NCBI GenBank assembly: GCA_002793015.1
Contig: PFPK01000046.1
Location: 1-39,261, forward strand
Direction of reading: 5' to 3'
Length of the DNA stretch: 39,261 bases
Source: Candidatus Magasanikbacteria bacterium CG_4_10_14_0_2_um_filter_37_12
Lineage (GTDB): Bacteria > Patescibacteriota > Patescibacteriia > Magasanikbacterales > UBA922
Shown here: positions 32,097 to 39,261 of the stretch, piece after piece
How positions within the stretch are numbered: position 1 is the first letter of the stretch
Layout: each line of letters starts with the position of its first letter
Position numbers and translations under genes: made by a program
The notes under the pieces: model-generated
What the model was told of the DNA's origin: nothing
The model's input: the letters and a program-made list of their open reading frames with translations, nothing else
The model's database searches: none

Positions 32097-35000
32097 TCAA
32101 ACCACAATATTCAAGATTCTGCCTTTCACGTAGATTACTTTCTTTGGCTCCTGTCCGCCTAGCCACTTTACGACATTTGGTTGGGCCAGTGCCATGGACT
32201 CCACTTCGTCATCAGTGGCATCAATAGAGATTACAATAGAAGCACGAACTTTTCCATTGACTTGTACAGCCATTGAAAGTTTGTCTCCTGTAAGCTTATC
32301 TTCATCATAAGCAGACCATGCTTCTAAGGAAATGGAATCCTTGTGTCCTAGAATACTCCAAAGCTCTTCAGAGATGTGCGGAGCAAATGGAGCAAGCAGT
32401 GTAACTAGTGACTGATAGCTAGTGAGTAAAACTTTTTCTTGTTTATAAAATTCATTAACTAGCTCCATTAATTTGGCAATAGCAGTATTGAATCCAAGCT
32501 TGGACAAATCATCACCAACTTTTTGAATAGTATGATGAAGCTTTCTGTCTAACTCAAGATCTAACTTAGCATTATCACTTAATCTATCCTGCAAATTCCA
32601 GACACGATCCAAAAATCTCTTAATCCCTTTTACACCATTTTCATCCCATGGTTTGTCTTCTTCCATTGGTCCCATGAACATCTCATACATGCGCATAGTG
32701 TCTGCCCCAAATTCATTGACAACATCTGTTGGATTGATGACGTTCTCCCAACGCTTGCTCATCTTGCGACCATCTGGACCAAGAATGAGACCTTGGTGGC
32801 GATGGACGGTAAATGGCTCATCAAAATCAATGTAGCCAGCGTCATATAATACTTTGGTGAAAAATCTTGCATATAGCAAGTGTCCATTGACATGTTCTGG
32901 TCCACCGAGATAGAAATCTACTGGCATCCATTTTTTCAATGCTTCTGGTGATGCGAATTCTTTTTCATTGTGCGGATCAAGATAGCGAAAAAAATACCAT
33001 GAGGAGCACATGAAGGTGTCTAATGTGTCTACTTCACGTTTCCAACCTTTACCATATTTTTCTTCCACCCCATCTTGAAAACTTGGCGAATACGTGAGCG
33101 GTGATTGACCTGTTGGTTTGAAATCTACGTCATCTGGTAAGATAACAGGGAGATCTGATTCCGGAAGTGGACGCAAATCAGGTCGGACTTCTCGCATAAT
33201 TTCATCCAAAAAAGATGAAAAAATATTATACCCATGTTCAATATCAAAATGTCCAGCATCTCGTTCAATTATTATCCGCGCTTCTGGTATGTATTTTTCA
33301 AAATACTTTTTTGTCGCATCGCATGGAATATAAGGATCGTTTGTAGAAAGATATATTACAATTTCACCTACATTTTTTCTTATTTTTTTAAAATCTAAAC
33401 AATCTTCTTTATCTCCAAAAAATGCTAGGGCAATTTCTTTTTCTGCATCTCCCCAGCCTTCTCTTCCAAATCCTATATACCAATCTTTTGTAGGTGTAGA
33501 AGGTGCTACTAAAACAAGTTTTCTGAACTCCATTGTCTGTGCAAGTGCTAATGCTATCCAACAGCTTAATGAGCGCGCCGTAACAACGGTGTTTGTTGTA
33601 TCTTTCGATAATTCTTTTTGTGTTGCTTCAAGCCAATCATTAAATTTTGGATGCTCTGGGTGTGGTAAAAGAGGAGTTATCGATACAATGTGTTTTTCTG
33701 CAAGTTCTTTACTAATCCATGGATGAAAATGAGACTGTGGATCACTCCCCCACGCATGTAAATTCAAAACAAAATCTGGTAATTCATCAAACTTTTGACT
33801 TTCGGACTTTATGGACTTTTGACTAGTGAGCATCGGAATTGGTGCTCCCCAAAATCTCTGACGAGATACAGACCAGTCGCGGAGTTTGTACTGTACTTTT
33901 CGCTTCCCATGACCATTTTTTTCAAGCCAGTCGATTATTGCTGTTTTTGCTTCTTCTGTTGTGAGGCCGTTGAGGAAGTCGGAGTTGATGGTAATACCGG
34001 GTTCTGATACACATTCGTCATATCCGTCAAAATAGTATTTAACAAGAAGCCCTTCACCAGTATCATGCGGATAGACGTTGGATGTTTTGTTTCGCTCAAA
34101 TGCAGAAACAGCTTCTTCACGTGTCATCCATATATATTCGTAGATATCTTTGTCCTCGCCATATAACGCTACTTTTTCCTCATTTTTAAGTTGCACTGAA
34201 AATATTTTCCGTATGTAATGTTTTAGTTCTTTGGATTTTGTAGTCAAAAAATGCACCCCAACCTGTCCTTTGCATTCACCGGGCATATTATTTATATATC
34301 CTGTTTCCTCGGCAAATTCTCTTTTAAGTGTTTCATAATCTGTTTCATTTTCCTCTTGTGTACCACCAGGTAAACGATACAGATCATTCTTCTTTTCATA
34401 CATAACCAGCACCTTACCATCTCTTTCCAACAATCCGTAAACTCCAACACTCTTTTCTTCTCCTTCTAGCGGATCTCCAATATCTTTTGCCACTACCTCC
34501 CGAATCGGCAACCCAAACTTCTTCGCAAACTCAAAATCCCGTTCATCATGTGCAGGCACTGCCATAATAGCACCAGTGCCGTAGGTCGCAATAACATAGT
34601 CTGCAATCCAAATAGGAATCTCTTCATCATTGGCAGGATTCACCGCTTTGACACCTTTCAATTCAACTCCAGTTTTATCTTTTTCAATCTGCCGATCCAG
34701 ATCTGTTTTCTTTGATGTTTCTTCAATATATTTTTCCACTTCATCCCAGTTTGTAATATTATCTTTCAAATCCTGTACATACTGCCCCTCTGGTGCAAGC
34801 ACCATATATGTCGCACCAAAAAGTGTGTCCGGACGAGTCGTAAACACTTCAATCACATTTCGTAATTTCGTACTTTTCGTATTTCGTATATCAGCACTTT
34901 CACCAACTTCATAAACATTAAACTGTATCAATGCCCCTTCAGACCGCCCTATCCAATCCTTCTGTCTCTTGATGGTCTCGGCTGGCCAATCAATCCTGTC

Positions 35001-35621
35001 TAGGCCTTCAAGAAGTTTATCGGCATAATCAGTAATTTTTAAATACCATTGTTCCATTTCTTTTTGGATGACAACAGTATCACAACGTTCACAATGTCCG
35101 TCTACTACTTGGGCATTGGCTAGCACTGTCTTACAGCTCTCGCACCAATTGACTGCTTGCTTCTTGCGATAAGCCAAACCACGCTCGTACATGAGAAGAA
35201 AAAACCATTGCGTAAATTTGTAATATCCAGGATCGCTTGACCGTACAAACCGATCCCAGTCTACAGATACTCCCAGAGCTTTCACTTGTGAGACAAAATT
35301 TTCGGTAGTCTTATCAATAGTTTCTTGTGGATGGACATTAGTCTTGATCGCATAATTTTCTGCAGGAAGTCCAAAAGAATCAAGTCCAAAGACTTGCAGG
35401 ACTTTCTTGCCTTTCATTCTTTGATAACGAGCATAGATATCGCAAGCAGTGTACACTTCGGCATGACCAACATGCAGACCACTGCCAGATGGATACGGAA
35501 GCTGTGGCAAAATGTAGCACTTGTTTTCTGGCGTGACATCTTCGGGCGTAGCAAAAGTCTTGTGTTCTTCCCAATGTTTTTGCCACTTAGCTTCAATTAA
35601 TTTTGGATTATAATTTTCCAT
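32097..35621 (-). CDS. leuS: Leucyl-tRNA synthetase with two inserted enzyme domains (Nudix; alpha/beta-hydrolase)
   Basis: The landmarks appear in canonical order: HVGH (aa 50-53), CESC..CERC Zn module, TTRPDT, GTGAIMAVPAHDERD, YKLRDWSVSRQRFWGAPIPM, LPVILPDD, DTFMCSSWYF and KMSKR (aa 953-957). The total length is 1174 aa. Confidence 0.9.
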   Translation of the reverse strand: MENYNPKLIEAKWQKHWEEHKTFATPEDVTPENKCYILPQLPYPSGSGLHVGHAEVYTACDIYARYQRMKGKKVLQVFGLDSFGLPAENYAIKTNVHPQETIDKTTENFVSQVKALGVSVDWDRFVRSSDPGYYKFTQWFFLLMYERGLAYRKKQAVNWCESCKTVLANAQVVDGHCERCDTVVIQKEMEQWYLKITDYADKLLEGLDRIDWPAETIKRQKDWIGRSEGALIQFNVYEVGESADIRNTKSTKLRNVIEVFTTRPDTLFGATYMVLAPEGQYVQDLKDNITNWDEVEKYIEETSKKTDLDRQIEKDKTGVELKGVKAVNPANDEEIPIWIADYVIATYGTGAIMAVPAHDERDFEFAKKFGLPIREVVAKDIGDPLEGEEKSVGVYGLLERDGKVLVMYEKKNDLYRLPGGTQEENETDYETLKREFAEETGYINNMPGECKGQVGVHFLTTKSKELKHYIRKIFSVQLKNEEKVALYGEDKDIYEYIWMTREEAVSAFERNKTSNVYPHDTGEGLLVKYYFDGYDECVSEPGITINSDFLNGLTTEEAKTAIIDWLEKNGHGKRKVQYKLRDWSVSRQRFWGAPIPMLTSQKSIKSESQKFDELPDFVLNLHAWGSDPQSHFHPWISKELAEKHIVSITPLLPHPEHPKFNDWLEATQKELSKDTTNTVVTARSLSCWIALALAQTMEFRKLVLVAPSTPTKDWYIGFGREGWGDAEKEIALAFFGDKEDCLDFKKIRKNVGEIVIYLSTNDPYIPCDATKKYFEKYIPEARIIIERDAGHFDIEHGYNIFSSFLDEIMREVRPDLRPLPESDLPVILPDDVDFKPTGQSPLTYSPSFQDGVEEKYGKGWKREVDTLDTFMCSSWYFFRYLDPHNEKEFASPEALKKWMPVDFYLGGPEHVNGHLLYARFFTKVLYDAGYIDFDEPFTVHRHQGLILGPDGRKMSKRWENVINPTDVVNEFGADTMRMYEMFMGPMEEDKPWDENGVKGIKRFLDRVWNLQDRLSDNAKLDLELDRKLHHTIQKVGDDLSKLGFNTAIAKLMELVNEFYKQEKVLLTSYQSLVTLLAPFAPHISEELWSILGHKDSISLEAWSAYDEDKLTGDKLSMAVQVNGKVRASIVISIDATDDEVESMALAQPNVVKWLGGQEPKKVIYVKGRILNIVV

Positions 35622-35701
35622 ACTCTATGCATCAATATATTGGATAATAATTTTTTGTTTTTCTTCCCACTCACCAGTAGTACGTCCTGAAAATTTGAAT
35701 G

Positions 35702-36925
35702 TTAAATTTCCATTTTACTAGCCACTCTTTCGATAGCCTTGACAAAAGCAGCAGTGCGCATATCTATATTATATTTTTCTTTGGTTTCCCAAACTTCATG
35801 AAAAGCGTCAACTATTATTTTTTCTAATTTTTCAAGAATATCTACTTCACTCCAGTGTTCACCTTTGATATTTTGATCCCATTCAAAATAACTGACTGTA
35901 ACTCCACCAGCATTAGCAAGTACATCAGGTACAACTATAATACCTTTTTCTTTCAAAATTTCATCTGCTTCTGGCGTAGTTGGTCCGTTGGCTAATTCTA
36001 CGATACTTTTGGCCCTAATATTACCAACATTCTCAGCAGTAATGACATTCTCCAGAGCAGCTGGCACAAGAATATCCACAGCAAGCTCCAGAATCTCCTC
36101 ATTTGAAATTGCCTCTGTACTACCAAAACCAACTACCGAACCAGTCTTTTCTTTATACACAGTCAAGGCACTTATATCTAGTCCATCATCTGATTTGATT
36201 CCCCCTTTGGAATCACTAACCGCCACAATCTTGTACCCCATCTCAGCCAAAATCTTGGCCATAAAGCTACCAGCATTACCAAATCCCTGAATAGCCACAG
36301 TAGTCTCGCTTGGTACTAGGCCAAGTTTAGTAGCCAATTCTCTGGTGCAATAAGCTCCGCCTTGAGCAGTTGAAAATCCCCTACCTTCTGAACCGCCCTG
36401 CTCAATTGGCTTACCAGTGATTACTCCTGGATCTGAGTGACCAACCAGCTTTTCATATTCATCACGCATCCAAGCCATGATCTGAGGAGTAGTATAAACA
36501 TCTGGTGCTGGAATATCCTTATCAGACCCGATATCACGCCAAATCTTCTCTATATATCCTCGTGACAATCTTTCTATTTCTCCTTCAGACAGTTCCTTTG
36601 GATTGACAATAATACCACCCTTTCCACCACCCATCGGGATATTGACTGTCGCACACTTGACCATCATCCAAAAAGAAAGAGCCTTCACTTCTTCAAGAGA
36701 AACGTTCCAGTGATAGCGAATACCGCCTTTGTAAGGCCCAAGAGCGTTATTGTATTGGCTTCTAAAGCCTGTAAATACTTTGGTGGAGCCATTATCCATT
36801 TTGACAGGAATAGATACTGTGAGAACTCTCTCAGGGCTCTTCAAAATCTCATGTACATCGGAATTCAAATTTATAATTTTGGAAGCATTATCAAGTTGCT
36901 TCATGGCATTTTCAAACTGGTTCAT
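35702..36925 (-). CDS. gdhA: Glutamate dehydrogenase (Glu/Leu/Phe/Val dehydrogenase family)
   Basis: It has KGGIRYH, PMGGGKGG and the dinucleotide fold IQGFGNAGS. The length is 407 aa. Confidence 0.85.
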   Translation of the reverse strand: MNQFENAMKQLDNASKIINLNSDVHEILKSPERVLTVSIPVKMDNGSTKVFTGFRSQYNNALGPYKGGIRYHWNVSLEEVKALSFWMMVKCATVNIPMGGGKGGIIVNPKELSEGEIERLSRGYIEKIWRDIGSDKDIPAPDVYTTPQIMAWMRDEYEKLVGHSDPGVITGKPIEQGGSEGRGFSTAQGGAYCTRELATKLGLVPSETTVAIQGFGNAGSFMAKILAEMGYKIVAVSDSKGGIKSDDGLDISALTVYKEKTGSVVGFGSTEAISNEEILELAVDILVPAALENVITAENVGNIRAKSIVELANGPTTPEADEILKEKGIIVVPDVLANAGGVTVSYFEWDQNIKGEHWSEVDILEKLEKIIVDAFHEVWETKEKYNIDMRTAAFVKAIERVASKMEI

Positions 36926-37041
36926 ATGGTTAAGTAATACTTAAATGTTCACATCTTACGCCTGCTAGATTAAGTCGTCAAACTGAGCTATGCAAAAAAT
37001 GTGTAAAAAAAAGACGCCCAATGAAGAGCACTTTTAAAATT

Positions 37042-38025
37042 TTACTGCTTTGTTTTTTTATAATGTTTCACTATGACATTGCCAATTTTGTATACTATCC
37101 AGATTACCAATAAATAAATGAGAATGACTGGAATATACACTACCAACCAAATTACCCACTCGACTATATACTGTAATTGATCTACCAAATCTCGCACAGA
37201 ATCTTTCACCACTCCCCAAGGTTTCCACTTGCTATCAGTATCAAGTACTGGAAGAACACTTGGGTCAGTAGATAGATAGACAGTCAATGTTGACAGGTCG
37301 GCACTTTGTTGTAAATATTTCATCCGACCTTCAATTCTATCAATGTTACTTCGGACATTGCTTAGTTCTCTTTGCACAGCCAGAATATCTTCAATTTTGA
37401 AAGCCTGTTTCATGATATTTAAAAATTGTGTTTCTGTAGCTCGCAAATTTGTCAATTGAGCATCAAGATCAACAAACTCTTCAGTCACGTCTTGTCCATC
37501 CATACGTTCAGAAACTACTTCACCATAAGTTTTGACCTCCTCGATACCTGTATCAAAAGAACCAGCTGGAATACGCACTGTAATACTACCACTCAAGAGA
37601 ACACCAGATTTATTGACGTCGCTACTGACAATGAAGCCACTTTTGGCATTGGTATATTCACTTATTTTTTTAATCGCTTCACGAACATCTTTCACAACCA
37701 TAGATATGTTGGCAGTCTTGATAATCAAGCGGTCTTGTGCCTGAATGTTAACCGCACCAGAAGCCGATGAAGCAAATACAGTATTGCCAACGGTCATTTT
37801 CATTTGACTGCCAGAAAATCCAGCTTCTTGTACAGTAGCTAAACCATGTGTTTCCTCTACGCTGTCGTACATCATCATATCTCTATCTAAAGACACCTCA
37901 CCATACGAAGAAGAATCTGTAGCAGTGGATAAGTTGTTACGTACAACATTACGTCCGATTGATAATGCAATTATAAATACTACTGCACTACTAATTAAAA
38001 GTCCTATTTTGAAATTTTTTGACAT
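37042..38025 (-). CDS. DUF4349-like membrane-anchored protein
   Basis: It has an N-terminal TM and a central region with a coiled-coil segment (DAQLTNLRATETQFLNIMKQ...RELSNVRSNIDRIEGRMKYLQ). A C-terminal TM pair follows. Confidence 0.6.
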   Translation of the reverse strand: MSKNFKIGLLISSAVVFIIALSIGRNVVRNNLSTATDSSSYGEVSLDRDMMMYDSVEETHGLATVQEAGFSGSQMKMTVGNTVFASSASGAVNIQAQDRLIIKTANISMVVKDVREAIKKISEYTNAKSGFIVSSDVNKSGVLLSGSITVRIPAGSFDTGIEEVKTYGEVVSERMDGQDVTEEFVDLDAQLTNLRATETQFLNIMKQAFKIEDILAVQRELSNVRSNIDRIEGRMKYLQQSADLSTLTVYLSTDPSVLPVLDTDSKWKPWGVVKDSVRDLVDQLQYIVEWVIWLVVYIPVILIYLLVIWIVYKIGNVIVKHYKKTKQ

Positions 38026-38084
38026 ATTAATTATTTTTTACCTCTCATTTTACCAATTTATGTGTCTTGACTAACCAGACCACT

Positions 38085-38354
38085 TTACTTTCTGGATGGA
38101 ACTATACCACTACAAAGCATATCTGCTCTTGTCAACAATTCATCTTCAGCATCCAGATTTCTAACTACTCTGCCCGTGTCACATTTATAACAAGGGTGCG
38201 CCCTATCTCTGCTTTTACCATTAACGTCTACATGTCTATCATGACACTCACTCACAGTCACTGCGTCATTAGTTGAGGTGTCGGGGCACATTACAATACC
38301 AGACACACAGCAAGCTATGGTGAATTTACCCCGATGGATTAAATAAGTTAACAT
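38085..38354 (-). CDS. Small Cys/His-rich hypothetical protein
   Basis: The start is trimmed to MLTYLIHRG so that it lies downstream of the trxA terminator. It contains ACCVSGIVMCPD, ECHDRH and HPCYKC, and I recognise no family. Confidence 0.3.
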   Translation of the reverse strand: MLTYLIHRGKFTIACCVSGIVMCPDTSTNDAVTVSECHDRHVDVNGKSRDRAHPCYKCDTGRVVRNLDAEDELLTRADMLCSGIVPSRK

Positions 38355-38387
38355 AATATCGTAAGTTGTAAGTATACAAAATTTTAT

Positions 38388-38415
38388 AAAAAAAAACAAT
38401 CCAATTAAGGATTGT
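38388..38415 (-). terminator. Intrinsic terminator after trxA
   Basis: On the minus strand, the stem ACAATCC/GGATTGT with a 6-nt loop is followed by T8. Confidence 0.65.
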
Positions 38416-38431
38416 TAAGGTGTTAAGGTGA

Positions 38432-38755
38432 TTAAACATGTTTATCCACCATTTCTTTTAATTTTTCTTTAGTCATTCCGCCAACAAGCTGATCTACCAC
38501 TTCTCCGCCTTTGATAAGAAGGAAAGTGGGAATACTCATCACTCTGTATTTTCCGGCTATAGCTTGATTCTCGTCTACATTTAGCTTGGCTACTTTTACT
38601 TTTCCGACATCATATTCACTAGCCAATTCCTCTATGATGGGTCCCATCATTTGACAAGGACCACACCATGGAGCCCAAAAATCTACCAAAACTGGCACAC
38701 TAGATTGCAAAGCTTCTGCTTCAAAATTATCGTCTGTAAGAACTAATTCCGACAT
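38432..38755 (-). CDS. trxA: Thioredoxin
   Basis: It has the WAPWCGPCQ active site, is 107 aa long, and has cis-Pro in the MSIPT context. Confidence 0.9.
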   Translation of the reverse strand: MSELVLTDDNFEAEALQSSVPVLVDFWAPWCGPCQMMGPIIEELASEYDVGKVKVAKLNVDENQAIAGKYRVMSIPTFLLIKGGEVVDQLVGGMTKEKLKEMVDKHV

Positions 38756-38831
38756 ATTTTTTCTTTTTTAAATTAAAAACTTTTTCTGAGTTAATTTTAA
38801 CACACGAAAAATAAAGGGCAAGTGTGGATAA

Positions 38832-39261
38832 TTAAGCTGCCTTATCTACTCTTGATTTATCCTTCATGTCAAGTACCACTTTTTTTAAGAGTGATTGCAA
38901 ATGCTTGTCAACACCACTTTTAGCAATATAATTTTCTAGTTCAGATGAAATTTCTTGATCATTTTTTTGCAAATATTCCATTACCTTGATAGTCGCAACT
39001 TCTAAGTTTCCTTTTGATTGAAAATGGATCTTAGATATTTCTTCAAGAATATTAGCATCTTCTTCTGAGAGAGAAACTTCAGTAGTCTCACCTTCTGTAC
39101 TATCAACATCGGAAGCCATAATACTGTCATTCTCTCCCTCTACTATCTGCCCATAATAAAAACTTATATCAAAAATTTCTTCATTACCATAACAGTCAAT
39201 TACTTTTAATTGATAGGAAAAACCCTTGTTACCCAAAAAGTTACCATAAATTGGATCAACA
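38832..39261 (-). CDS. Acidic hypothetical protein, probably truncated at the right window edge
   Basis: The reading frame stays open to position 39261 (..VDPIYGNFLGNKGFSYQ..). The start in the ORF track is a TTG. I recognise no motif. Confidence 0.4.
   Translation of the reverse strand, partial: VDPIYGNFLGNKGFSYQLKVIDCYGNEEIFDISFYYGQIVEGENDSIMASDVDSTEGETTEVSLSEEDANILEEISKIHFQSKGNLEVATIKVMEYLQKNDQEISSELENYIAKSGVDKHLQSLLKKVVLDMKDKSRVDKAA

Noticed and set aside
33177-34469. Inteins as the explanation for the extra about 300 aa in LeuRS.
   Set aside because: The inserts have no Cys/Ser/Thr at the N-junction, no His-Asn plus Cys/Ser/Thr at the C-junction, and no endonuclease motifs. Instead they carry a full Nudix box and an alpha/beta-hydrolase-like Ser/Asp/His pattern.

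Overview
This is a low-GC window (about one third G+C in hand-counted coding stretches) that is densely packed, with about 42 protein genes and 4 tRNAs. All but tsaE and tRNA-Lys lie on the minus strand. The gene content suggests a small-genome Patescibacteria/CPR-like bacterium; this is an inference, not a database result. That content includes a split ComEC, an archaeal-type UMP kinase, a translin-like protein, a double-thioredoxin-fold protein and a Mur ligase with a short N-terminus.

Housekeeping genes recognised directly from motifs are rlmN, ftsE/ftsX, a parvulin PPIase, an FtsB/DivIC-like gene, a MurE-like ligase, a Ca2+-type P-type ATPase, mutM, typA, tsaE, a PLD-family protein, pyrH-like, comEC, leuS, gdh and trxA.

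Four things stand out:
1. The leuS gene encodes 1174 aa because two complete extra enzyme domains sit in-frame inside the catalytic core. One is a Nudix domain with a perfect Nudix box. The other is a YdeN/RBBP9-like alpha/beta-hydrolase.
2. A tRNA-Asn(GUU) gene is interrupted in its anticodon loop by a 311-nt group I intron. P1, P2, P4, P5, P6 and P7 are recognisable by eye.
3. A co-directional cluster of Cys/Met/His-rich membrane and secreted proteins spans roughly 2.1 to 8.2 kb. It lies between a CopA P1B-ATPase with DUF302 and that tRNA, and includes DUF411/CopG and a double thioredoxin-fold protein.
4. Two adjacent proteins in that cluster end in the same tail, FTxxxxAPxMVGGC-COOH, encoded with different codons.

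Smaller items are two GC-rich, probably structured intergenic spacers (one with a G-quadruplex motif), a RelE-type TA pair with a palindromic operator beside a SWIM protein and tRNA-Gln, and a compositionally odd membrane protein. I saw no CRISPR array, transposase, integrase or rRNA.
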